Of a stretch of 57,563 nucleotides of DNA, positions 6,653 through 15,100 are shown in pieces. How positions within the stretch are numbered: position 1 is the first letter of the stretch; the number at the start of each line of letters is the position of its first letter. The DNA comes from a virus (taxonomy: Duplodnaviria > Caudoviricetes), in IMG/VR virus record IMGVR_UViG_3300027736_000054, positions 1-57,563 of that record. One strand, written 5' to 3'. The position numbers were made by a program, and so were the translations under genes. The notes beneath the pieces are model-generated. The model did not search any database and was not told the DNA's origin. It saw nothing but the letters and a program-made list of their open reading frames with translations.

Positions 6653-7761
6653 AGTTATGTATGGTCTGGTGCGGTTAGGCGGGGTAGGTTGAGGCAAGGT
6701 AGGCTGCGGGCTGACAACAGTCGATAGGTGATTAGCAATAGTCATCCTTCGAGTGAGGTGGGGTCAGGTGCGGTTAGGTGTGGTAAGTTTAGGTTTGGTG
6801 AGGCGAGGTAAGGGCTGACAACAGTCGATAGGTGATTAGCAATAGTCATCCTTCGAGTGGGATTTGGTACGGTAGGGTCGAGCGGGGTGAGGTCAGGTTG
6901 GGTGGGGTAAGGTCCGGTGCGGTATGGTAAGGAACTAGCAATAGTCGATGGGTGATTAGAAATAGTCATCTTTCGAGTGGGGTTAGGTTATGCTGGGTAA
7001 GGCAGGGTGCGGCGAGGTATGGACTGACAACAGTCGATAGGCAATTCAATGAGTTGCTCTTCGAGTGTTCGGTAAGGTAAGGTACGGTAAGGCGAGGTCT
7101 GGCGAGGTAGGGTATGGAAAGGTGCGGCTTGGTTTGGACTGATAACAGTCGGTTGAAGATTGGCAACAGTCTTTTTCCGAGTGTTTTGTTGGGGTAGGGT
7201 ACGGTAAGGCTAGGTCAGGTTTGGTCGGGTAGGGCGTGGAACTAGTAATAGTCGATAGGACATTTTCACAAGTGTCTCTTCGAGTATTGAATTCGGTGCG
7301 GTGGGGTGGGGTCGGGTATGGTTGGTTTGGGTTTTGTCGGGTTGGGTAATGTATGGGCTGACAACAGTCGATAGGGCATTAGAAATAGTGTTCCTTCGAG
7401 TGTTAATCAAATGGGGCTTGGTCGGGTTCGGACGGTTTGGTCGGGCGAGGCTGGGTGCGGTGCGGTGAAGTCAGGCACGGTTTGGCAAGGAACTAGCAAT
7501 AGTCGATAGGTGATTAGAAATAGTCATCCTTCGAGTACTGCGGTGAGGTGCGGCAAGGGACGGTTTGGTTAGGTGGGGTCGGGCGAGGTACGGTCGGGCA
7601 AGGCATGGAACTAGCAATAGTCGATAGGGTATTGGAAACAGTACCACTTCGAGTGGGGTTAGGTGCGGTGTGTTACGGCACGGTATGGAGAGGCGAGGTA
7701 TGGCAAGGTCAGGTATGGGCTAATGTAGCGGATAGGGTATTGGTAACAGTACCACTTCCGA
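6653..7761 (+). ncRNA. array of 10 putative guide RNAs: GGY-NN pentamer tracts each closed by a structured two-hairpin repeat (VIPR-like RNA array)
   Basis: Repeats at 6708-6754, 6812-6858, 6931-6978, 7021-7066, 7136-7182, 7238-7285, 7355-7401, 7489-7536, 7607-7654 and 7717-7761. The tracts between them have 5-nt GGY-NN periodicity. Stems covary, with GNRA loops and G-U pairs valid on the + strand. Confidence 0.88.
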
Positions 7762-7788
7762 TGCAACGGTGCATCAATTAACTTTTTT
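7760..7788 (+). terminator. hairpin plus U-tract closing the array (possible weak terminator or processing site)
   Basis: GATGCA-ACGG-TGCATC (7760-7775), then T6 at 7783-7788, just before the RBS AGGA and ATG 7798. Confidence 0.4.
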
Positions 7789-7797
7789 AGGAAAACT

Positions 7798-8364
7798 ATG
7801 AAACAACTTTCAATCAAAATCAACGGCACGGCTCCATTACTTATGCACTCAGATAGGTTTGCAGACCCGCTCAATCCATTAACCAAGGCGCACAAAGAGT
7901 TAACCGGCAAGCGCAAGAAGACAGATGATGATTTAATTGCCATTGCTAAAAGTGAATTTATTGGTAGCTGCTATTGGAATAACTCTGTTGGCTTTCATCT
8001 GCCATCACAAATGTTGGAAAGCTGTTTAATTAATGGCGCAAAACTTCAAAAACTTGGCACTAAATTTAAACAAAGTGTACGGGTGCTTGAAGATGAACTT
8101 CCATTGGTTGGTTACACCAAAACAAATCCCGAAAAACTTTGGGACAACCCTGAGATGCGTGACGCACGAGGCGTAAGAGTTGGAACATCAAAGATTATTC
8201 GTTACCGCCCAATCTTTAGACAATGGAGTTTGTCGGCCACAATCACAATTGACGAGGATGTTGTTAACGTCAACGAGGTTAAGAAAGCCATTGAAGATGC
8301 TGGGAAACTAATTGGCCTTGGGGATTACCGTCCACGTTTTGGTCGTTTTGAGGCAGTAATCTGA
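7798..8364 (+). CDS. RAMP/Cas7-like RNA-binding protein, putative effector of the adjacent array (Vipr-like)
   Basis: N-terminal strand LSIKINGTAPLLMH; FHLPSQMLESCLINGA resembling the RAMP IPgSslKG helix; C-terminal Gly-rich loop GLGDYRPRFGRF. Located immediately after the array. Confidence 0.75.
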   Translation: MKQLSIKINGTAPLLMHSDRFADPLNPLTKAHKELTGKRKKTDDDLIAIAKSEFIGSCYWNNSVGFHLPSQMLESCLINGAKLQKLGTKFKQSVRVLEDELPLVGYTKTNPEKLWDNPEMRDARGVRVGTSKIIRYRPIFRQWSLSATITIDEDVVNVNEVKKAIEDAGKLIGLGDYRPRFGRFEAVI

Positions 8365-8849
8365 TGGATACAACGCTTTACCCTGCATGGAAAGAGGCTG
8401 TTAAGCGGCTTCTTGATGGTGGCATGACCTACGGCAGTACGGTTAAGCGCAGTTATTTAATTGAATTGTGTGGAGTAGCGCCCCCCACTTCAATTGAAGA
8501 TGTGCGTAGATACGATTTGGAAGTGCTGAAGTGCATAACCGACATTAAAGATACGCTACTGACTGCTCACTGTATGTTGTTGGCAACCGACAATGCCGGT
8601 AGTTATGTTGTTATTGCGCCTGAATCTCAGACGCAATACGCCGTAGACAATGGTGTTAAGGCCATTACTAAAGAGATGAAGAAGATGGCAATGAATGTTA
8701 GCTTCACTAAGACGGCCTTACTTTCAGACCCGCAACGAGCAAAGAATGCTGATGCGCAAGCAAAGATTTCTATGTTGGCGGGGATGATGGGCAAGGAGAA
8801 TCGGGAACTTAAACGCTTGGCCGGAACAAGAAATGAAATTAACGAATAA
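8364..8849 (+). CDS. hypothetical protein, translationally coupled to the RAMP-like gene (putative accessory factor)
   Basis: TGATG overlap at 8362-8366; 161 aa, largely helical; no motif recognised. Confidence 0.75.
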   Translation: MDTTLYPAWKEAVKRLLDGGMTYGSTVKRSYLIELCGVAPPTSIEDVRRYDLEVLKCITDIKDTLLTAHCMLLATDNAGSYVVIAPESQTQYAVDNGVKAITKEMKKMAMNVSFTKTALLSDPQRAKNADAQAKISMLAGMMGKENRELKRLAGTRNEINE

Positions 8850-9711
8850 ATTTAATCTGCCACAGACATTTGTTAATGTGATAAATCGACCAACCTATAG
8901 CAAGGGGAAGTCAAACATATCTGCAACCGAACTATTGAACAGTCCTCAGATAGTCCAACTCAAACGCAAGCATTGGGATGAGATTGAAACTGATGCCAGC
9001 GAAATGGTTTGGTCTTTGTTTGGTTCTGCTATCCACAGCATACTGGAGCATGGTAAAGACAACCATCACATTGTTGAGGAAAGAATCTATACAGAGATGG
9101 ACGGATGGAAAGTTAGCGGAGCAATTGATTTACAAGAGGTTGAGGCCGATGGAATTATTGTTTCTGACTATAAAACTACTGGTGCATGGGCGGTGATGAA
9201 TGAAAAACAAGACTGGCACAACCAGTTGAACGTCTATGCGTGGCTAGTTGAAAAGGTGAAGAAGCAACCGGTTAAGAAGTTGCAAATCATTGCTATTGTT
9301 CGTGACTGGGTGGCAAGGGATACGGTTAAAGAGGGGTATCCCTCTTCCCCTATAGCGACAATAGAGATACCACTTTGGCCGTTTGAGCAAAGAGAAGCCT
9401 ATGTCAAAGAACGCATTGCTTTGCATAGTGAGGCATTTTTTGAGGCGGAAACAAATGGTGAGATGGGGCATTGCACATCTGATGAGATGTGGGAAAAGCA
9501 AACTTCATATGCGGTAAAGAAAGAAGGAAACGTCAGGGCCAAGAGTCTTCACAAGACTTTAGAGGAAGCACAACACGCATTGAATCAATTGAAGGGTTAT
9601 TCGTTGGAAGTTAGGCAGGGCGAGAGAACTCGTTGCGAGAAGTATTGTCAGGTAAACACTTTCTGTTCTCAGTATCAGACTTATCTTAAGGAAAAAAATG
9701 ACAGTCTATAA
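8833..9711 (+). CDS. PD-(D/E)XK exonuclease (Cas4/RecB-like)
   Basis: GSAIHSILE, SGAIDL...VSDYKT, QLNVYAWL, C-terminal RCEKYCQVNTFC. Confidence 0.85.
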   Translation: MKLTNKFNLPQTFVNVINRPTYSKGKSNISATELLNSPQIVQLKRKHWDEIETDASEMVWSLFGSAIHSILEHGKDNHHIVEERIYTEMDGWKVSGAIDLQEVEADGIIVSDYKTTGAWAVMNEKQDWHNQLNVYAWLVEKVKKQPVKKLQIIAIVRDWVARDTVKEGYPSSPIATIEIPLWPFEQREAYVKERIALHSEAFFEAETNGEMGHCTSDEMWEKQTSYAVKKEGNVRAKSLHKTLEEAQHALNQLKGYSLEVRQGERTRCEKYCQVNTFCSQYQTYLKEKNDSL

Positions 9712-10378
9712 AAAGTTGCAGACTGCTCGCCATAAATTGGCTGCATCAGGCATCAAACAATCGGGTAAAAATACTTTCCACGGGTGGACGTATTGGCAAC
9801 TTGAAGACTTTATCCCATCAATTCACCGCATCTTTGATGAGGTTGGATTGTGTGGCGTGGTTACATTTGGCGACACCGCTACTTTGACAATTTACGATTC
9901 TGATGGTGGTGAAAGCACGGTGTTTTCTATTCCAATTGTTTCTGCGGAAAGCAATAAGGGTCAATCTATTCAGGTTCTTGGTAGCACAATTTCTTATTTG
10001 CGCCGTTACCTTTGGTTATTGGCCATGGAAATTAGTGAGGACGACACCATTGACAACCAAGAGCAAGAGGTAAAGAAAGAGCCAATCAAAATTGCTATTA
10101 AGAAAAAACCGCCCGCTGTTATTGAGGGGGCTGATGCACCTTGGCATATTAAGGTTACGACAGACGCATCCGCAGGGATGAACGAGTGGCTTAACATTGT
10201 GAACGAGGCATTTAAAACTGCATTGACTGCGGTTAAATCAGAGAGGGATGTGCTAGATATTTTTAAAGTAAACAAGAATATCTTTGACAAGTTAAAAGAA
10301 GAAGCTCCCGATGACTACGACAAATTGATGGCAGATTTTAAAAAGGCAAGACAATCATTTAAGGAAGGAAAAGCATGA
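9698..10378 (+). CDS. ERF-family single-strand annealing protein
   Basis: GKNTFHGWTYWQLEDF and the ERF signature GSTISYLRRY...EDD. Confidence 0.8.
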   Translation: MTVYKKLQTARHKLAASGIKQSGKNTFHGWTYWQLEDFIPSIHRIFDEVGLCGVVTFGDTATLTIYDSDGGESTVFSIPIVSAESNKGQSIQVLGSTISYLRRYLWLLAMEISEDDTIDNQEQEVKKEPIKIAIKKKPPAVIEGADAPWHIKVTTDASAGMNEWLNIVNEAFKTALTAVKSERDVLDIFKVNKNIFDKLKEEAPDDYDKLMADFKKARQSFKEGKA

Positions 10379-10674
10379 GTCAATATCCCAACAGTGGTAA
10401 GTTAAACAAGAACGGCTTCAAGCAAGAGGGTTCTAAACAGCCCGATATGTGGGGAGATATAACAATGGACAGGTCTGCCGTTGAGCAATTGCTTAAAGAG
10501 TCGGGAGACGAAGTTATTATCAAACTCAACGCATGGCGCAGGGAAAGCCAAAACGGAGAGTGGATTAGCTTGGCATGGAACAATTTCAAACCACAGACCC
10601 AGTTTGCTCCGCCCAAAGAAGCACCAAAGCCTCCGCCATTGGTTGAAATAGACGACAAAGATATACCTTTTTAG
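10375..10674 (+). CDS. putative ssDNA-binding protein
   Basis: PDMWG...LNAW core and SSB-type acidic tail DDKDIPF; follows the ERF gene. Confidence 0.65.
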   Translation: MSQYPNSGKLNKNGFKQEGSKQPDMWGDITMDRSAVEQLLKESGDEVIIKLNAWRRESQNGEWISLAWNNFKPQTQFAPPKEAPKPPPLVEIDDKDIPF

Positions 10675-10675
10675 T

Positions 10676-11095
10676 ATGAAAACATCACAGTTTGAAGCGG
10701 TAAAGGTTGCCATCAAACAGGATAAGACTGGGTATGTGCTTACCCTTTCTATCCATCCCGATGAAATCCCTGACGAAATCATGCGTGATTTTGTTGGGGC
10801 TAGGTATCAGGTTGTGATGGTTCGGATAAACGAACAAGAGGCGCCAATGAATCGTGAGCAGGAACTGGCACGAAACATTGTTCAACTTGCAGGAGTATTG
10901 TGTGGAGACGAGAGTTTCCATCATTGGGTGCTTGAACTGGGGTTCATCAACGAGCCATCGGCAAGGGCGGCAACAGAGTGGTTAAGGGCTGAACTGGGTG
11001 TGCAATCAAGAGCAGAACTTAAAACCAACAAAGAAGCGGCACAGAAATTAATTCAAATCAACGAGGAATTCAAAGCATGGAAGCGAAAAAACTAA
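10676..11095 (+). CDS. hypothetical phage protein
   Basis: 139-aa ORF in the operon; LGVQSRAEL motif. Confidence 0.75.
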   Translation: MKTSQFEAVKVAIKQDKTGYVLTLSIHPDEIPDEIMRDFVGARYQVVMVRINEQEAPMNREQELARNIVQLAGVLCGDESFHHWVLELGFINEPSARAATEWLRAELGVQSRAELKTNKEAAQKLIQINEEFKAWKRKN

Positions 11096-11397
11096 TCCCC
11101 TACTCGGTACATCTGAGAGAGGACATTTATCTTAAACTGAAAACGGCTGCGGGTGACCGCAAAGCGGCTGGCATGGTACGAGATGCTATTACCATGTTGA
11201 TTGAGGGTGACGACACCTTTAACGCAGGGTACAACAAGGCAATTAAAGATGTAATTAATATTGTTCAAGAGAACCAAAGCGCAAACGCTATTGCTATAGA
11301 GGGACAAACAATTGCTCAAATATTAAACAGGACTTTTTCTGAAATGATTGTTACTCAATCTGTAAAAGGAAACTCAAATGGCAAGAAAAAAAGCTGA
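11077..11397 (+). CDS. putative ribbon-helix-helix DNA-binding protein
   Basis: PYSVHLREDIYLKLK...AAGMVRDAI fits a beta-alpha-alpha pattern. Confidence 0.55.
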   Translation: MEAKKLIPYSVHLREDIYLKLKTAAGDRKAAGMVRDAITMLIEGDDTFNAGYNKAIKDVINIVQENQSANAIAIEGQTIAQILNRTFSEMIVTQSVKGNSNGKKKS

Positions 11398-11575
11398 AGG
11401 GATAGAGGCGTTGGTTGAAAAATCAGAGCCAATATCTATACAAGAAATAACCATGACGGATTGGTTTGCTGCATTTGCTTTGCTGGGTGTATCCCCTATG
11501 GCCACAGCAGAGACGGCGGCTAAAGACGCATACGAAAGAGCAGAAGCCATGATGGCAGAAAGAAGCAAACGATGA
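11378..11575 (+). CDS. hypothetical phage protein (LRDYFAA-type family)
   Basis: MTDWFAAFAL...AYERAEAMMAER. Confidence 0.7.
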   Translation: MARKKAEGIEALVEKSEPISIQEITMTDWFAAFALLGVSPMATAETAAKDAYERAEAMMAERSKR

Positions 11576-11736
11576 ACAGTCCAACCACATACGCAAAAGA
11601 TATGGAGCTTAGAGATTACTTTGCGGCAAAGGTTATGCAAGCGTTAATCACAGAAACGGGCATGACCATGCCAAACTTTTCAAAAAAAGCATATGAAATA
11701 GCAGACGCCATGATGGCAGAAAGAAACAAAGAATGA
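11572..11736 (+). CDS. small hypothetical protein (54 aa, not in ORF track), paralogue of the upstream gene
   Basis: MELRDYFAAKVMQAL...AYEIADAMMAER; ATGA overlaps at both ends. Confidence 0.7.
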   Translation: MNSPTTYAKDMELRDYFAAKVMQALITETGMTMPNFSKKAYEIADAMMAERNKE

Positions 11737-11918
11737 CATTATCAGAAATGGGATTAGAGATAGCAAGTTATCTTGAATCTTTTAAAACATCCGACCCAGT
11801 AGCTAAATCAGCTTTGCTGTTGGCCGCTAGAGAAATCGAGCGACTAGAAACAGAACGTAGTTTTTGGTACAAGACTGGATACCAAGCAGGGCAAGAAGAC
11901 CACAAGGCGATTTCTTGA
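11733..11918 (+). CDS. hypothetical phage protein
   Basis: 61-aa ORF coupled within the operon. Confidence 0.65.
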   Translation: MTLSEMGLEIASYLESFKTSDPVAKSALLLAAREIERLETERSFWYKTGYQAGQEDHKAIS

Positions 11919-12190
11919 ACAACAAACTTACCGCCAAGGAGCGGGCGTATATAGGGCTGGTTAAAGAATTACCATGTTCTGTATGCAATGCATCAGGTCC
12001 ATCAGACGCACACCACATAGAACAGAAATTACAATTCTGTGTGGTGGCTTTGTGTAAAGATTGCCATCAGGGTTCTATGATGGGATGGCACGGACAAAAG
12101 CGGATGTGGAAGATTAAAAAGATGGACGAACTAGATGCCTTAGACGTTACTATTCAACGAGTGATGGAAACTTTAAAATCACTTCTTTAA
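11915..12190 (+). CDS. Ref/DUF968-like HNH-type Zn-binding nuclease
   Basis: LPCSVC...AHH...VALCKDCHQG; likely TTG start at 11915 overlapping the upstream stop. Confidence 0.65.
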   Translation: MNNKLTAKERAYIGLVKELPCSVCNASGPSDAHHIEQKLQFCVVALCKDCHQGSMMGWHGQKRMWKIKKMDELDALDVTIQRVMETLKSLL

Positions 12191-15100
12191 AGACTTTCTA
12201 AGCGATTCTGTTTGCTCGGCCACCATAGAAATTAATTCTTTCATGCGGTCAATTTCTTTTCTTTTGGCCGCACCATCCATTGTCTTGTCATTTGTAATAA
12301 CGCTAATCTGCTGCCTGATTTGCGCCATAACTTTAGATTGGCGGTCATAGGTTTTAGCCAGTGCTATTTTGTCTCCCTTTTCACGCATGATTTTTATGAC
12401 TTTTTCTGTGTCGCCAATGGCGGCATAATGCCTCATGTCAGCCATTGCTTGACTAATCTCTTTGTTGCTCTCGTAGAAAGCCGTGGCAAATTTAGACTGG
12501 TTAGATGGTAAAGATTTAACAAGACCCACACTAGCCCTGTCTACCCACTTGCTATCGGGATAAGCCCCTTCTTTAAACGGCATAACCGCATAGTGAGAGG
12601 TCTCAGCAATAGCACTTCCAAGCCAACCAAAATAAGCCTTGATTGCGTAATCCATTTGCACCGGTGACATTCCCTCGCCAGTAAACGGCATGACGCTAGA
12701 AAGGCCGCCAAGGGCTATAGCAAGCGGGCTAGTAGTATCGGTTGTGCGCTCCTGTTTAGACAGCCGCTCCAGACCAGCAGACTCAATAGGCGCACCAGTA
12801 AACGAATCTTTGTTGGCGTACAAATCTACCAATGGCTTGGCAATCTGAGGCAAGTTAACAGCAAATGTATCCGTTACCATGCGTTTCAAAGAATCTTCAA
12901 ATTGTTTGCCCTCTGCTTCTTTGTCAAAAACTTGTTCGGCTATACGTTCGGCCAAAGTTCCAAATGCACCAATTTCAAATGGTTTGGGTACACGCAAGGC
13001 GTAATCCATTCCGGGCAGTTTGAACCACCAGAAGTTATCCCTATCCCATTCGTCCCGTTTCTTAAATTCATCATCATCCTTAAACGCAAAGTACAGGGCC
13101 AAAGATGCAAGGCACACTGAGGCGGTAACGATGCTAAAAGAAGCGGCCTTCTGCTGGTCTGTCAGCTTCTGTCTTTCGCCCTTTTCAGTCAACTTTCCTT
13201 GCTCATCCACATCCCAAAGTGATTTGCCGGTTATGGTGTTGTAAGCAACCCTAGTGGTTGGGGTAATACCATCTCTGCCAAGTTTGTATAGTCCTTGTAC
13301 ACGAGCATTCAAGAATGGAATAACTTGGGCAACCTGACGAAACGCAGGCCACGAACCTGACATAGAAAAGTCCAACAAATCACGAGCATTAAACGATGCT
13401 TCAAGGTGGCTCATTCCCTTGTCTCTCATCTGAGTGTACAAAGCCATGCGGTTAGCAGACTCAGATTTATTGCCCCACTCTTGATACTTATCCCATGCTA
13501 TCTTCAAGCCTTCTTTAACTTTGACTGGGCTATCAAGAATGTGTTCTGGTTTAACGCCTTGCGCAACAAGACGCTTAATCATTTTTGCTTGGTCGCCCTC
13601 ATAGGTTGAGCCAAAGTTAAATATAGCGCCACCAGCAAGAGCAGATATATAGGCTGGTCTGTCTTTATTACTCTCAGCCCATCCATTAACAATGTTAGCA
13701 AATGGATTTTTCTTTAAATCACTAACGGCCATAGCAGATATGGAATCACGAATCAAGTTTCTAACTTTAAATGCAGGAGAAATAGTAACCCCGTATTGGA
13801 GCATATTCTTAAAGTCTCTTGCTACATCTAGGAATTTATTTGATGTACCCAAATACCCAATAGATGAAATAGAATCTAAAAGCATGGGGTCAAGAACGTT
13901 GTAATAAGCTGGACTTCCAGCTACCATTATTTTAACATTTATTTTGCCAGACTTGCCGGTTGCAGGAGTAGTCATCCAAGGTTCTATTTGACCATCCTTA
14001 TAAACCTCTGCATCTTCGTATATATTTCCATCCTCATCTTTCTTGCGAACAACAACATTTACTTTGTCATCAATCATTACAAACTGTTGTTTCAGGTTTG
14101 GCTCTGCGCCGCCCATAAGAATGGCTGCATCTATTGTGGCTTTGGCTGCTTGCGCCTTCATGGATGCGGAAAGTATATGACTCCAGTTACGCAAAGTGTT
14201 TTCCATCAAGTCGGCAAATGGACTTTCCCCGCCCTTTAATTCTTTAGAAAAATGTTGATTGGTCAGGCTAGATGCCGTCATCACCGCATCAATATCCCCG
14301 TCTTCCATCTCACGATAGAAAGGAATGTAGTTAATGTCGTTAACAAATCGCTCATATCCTATTGGGTCTTTGCGTAACTCATCAATTTTTTGTTGTAACT
14401 CTTCTATTTGCCTGTCTTTGGCGCCGTTGCTTAAACCTTCTTTGTTTTCTATGTAATCTATTTGCTCTTGGATTCTCTTAATCATATTGGCAGTTGAATC
14501 AATCAACCCCATCTCAAGAGCAACTTTAAGCACAGACTCATTTAATTTTTGCATATCTTTACGAACAGACTCGTAAAGTTCTTTGCGAGACTTACCATTC
14601 AAATCGCCTTTAATAAGCTCTTCTCTTTTGGCCACTAATTCAGGCATGATGTCTTTGCCATTTTTATCTATAAATCTAGACCGTTTATTGGCTGGTAAAT
14701 TAGCCTCCCTAGTCAATGCCTTCCACATATTAAATCGGTCAACCTCAACGCCTAAAGGCTTAAGTATTTCTAACAAACCTTTTGTATTTGGCTTAATGTT
14801 TAATGCTCCACCGTCATTAAATACCTCTCCATACATCATTAAGCCTTCAAGCACACCATCAACAGATTTGGATAAGCGGGCTAACATATATGCAACAGGG
14901 CTGTATTCTTTGATGGTTCTAAACTGGTCAGCCATTCCTTGGGCCACTTTTTTCCAAAAACCGTCTCGCAACCCGTTAATGCGGTCAACAATTGTTTTCT
15001 TTTGTGGAGCAAAAACAGGTTGAGCATTGTTCATAAACTCAGGAGATACGCCATCAAATGATTCAGGCCTCAAAGGCTGTCTCTTTTGTAAAGAGGCATT

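Noticed and set aside
6653-7716. Simple microsatellite or G-quadruplex tract
   Set aside because: GG runs could form two-tier G4s in vitro. That would not explain the conserved Y, the free NN, the regular structured repeats or the adjacent RAMP-like gene.
6653-7761. Canonical CRISPR array
   Set aside because: Repeats vary in sequence while keeping structure, the spacers are internally periodic and of variable length, and no cas1/cas2 is present.
6653-7761. TIGR-Tas array or diversity-generating retroelement
   Set aside because: No box C/D-like motifs or Nop-domain protein were recognised, and there is no reverse transcriptase or adenine-specific TR/VR pair, despite the Mtd-N-like fibre domain.
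6742-7943. ORFs 6742..6969, 6966..7166, 7210..7410, 7659..7943 (minus), 7548..7781 (plus) and the N-terminal extension of 6275..6745
   Set aside because: These Pro/Thr-rich or Gly/Val-rich translations are by-products of the GGY-NN array. The 5-nt period, stem covariation and + strand promoter indicate an RNA element.
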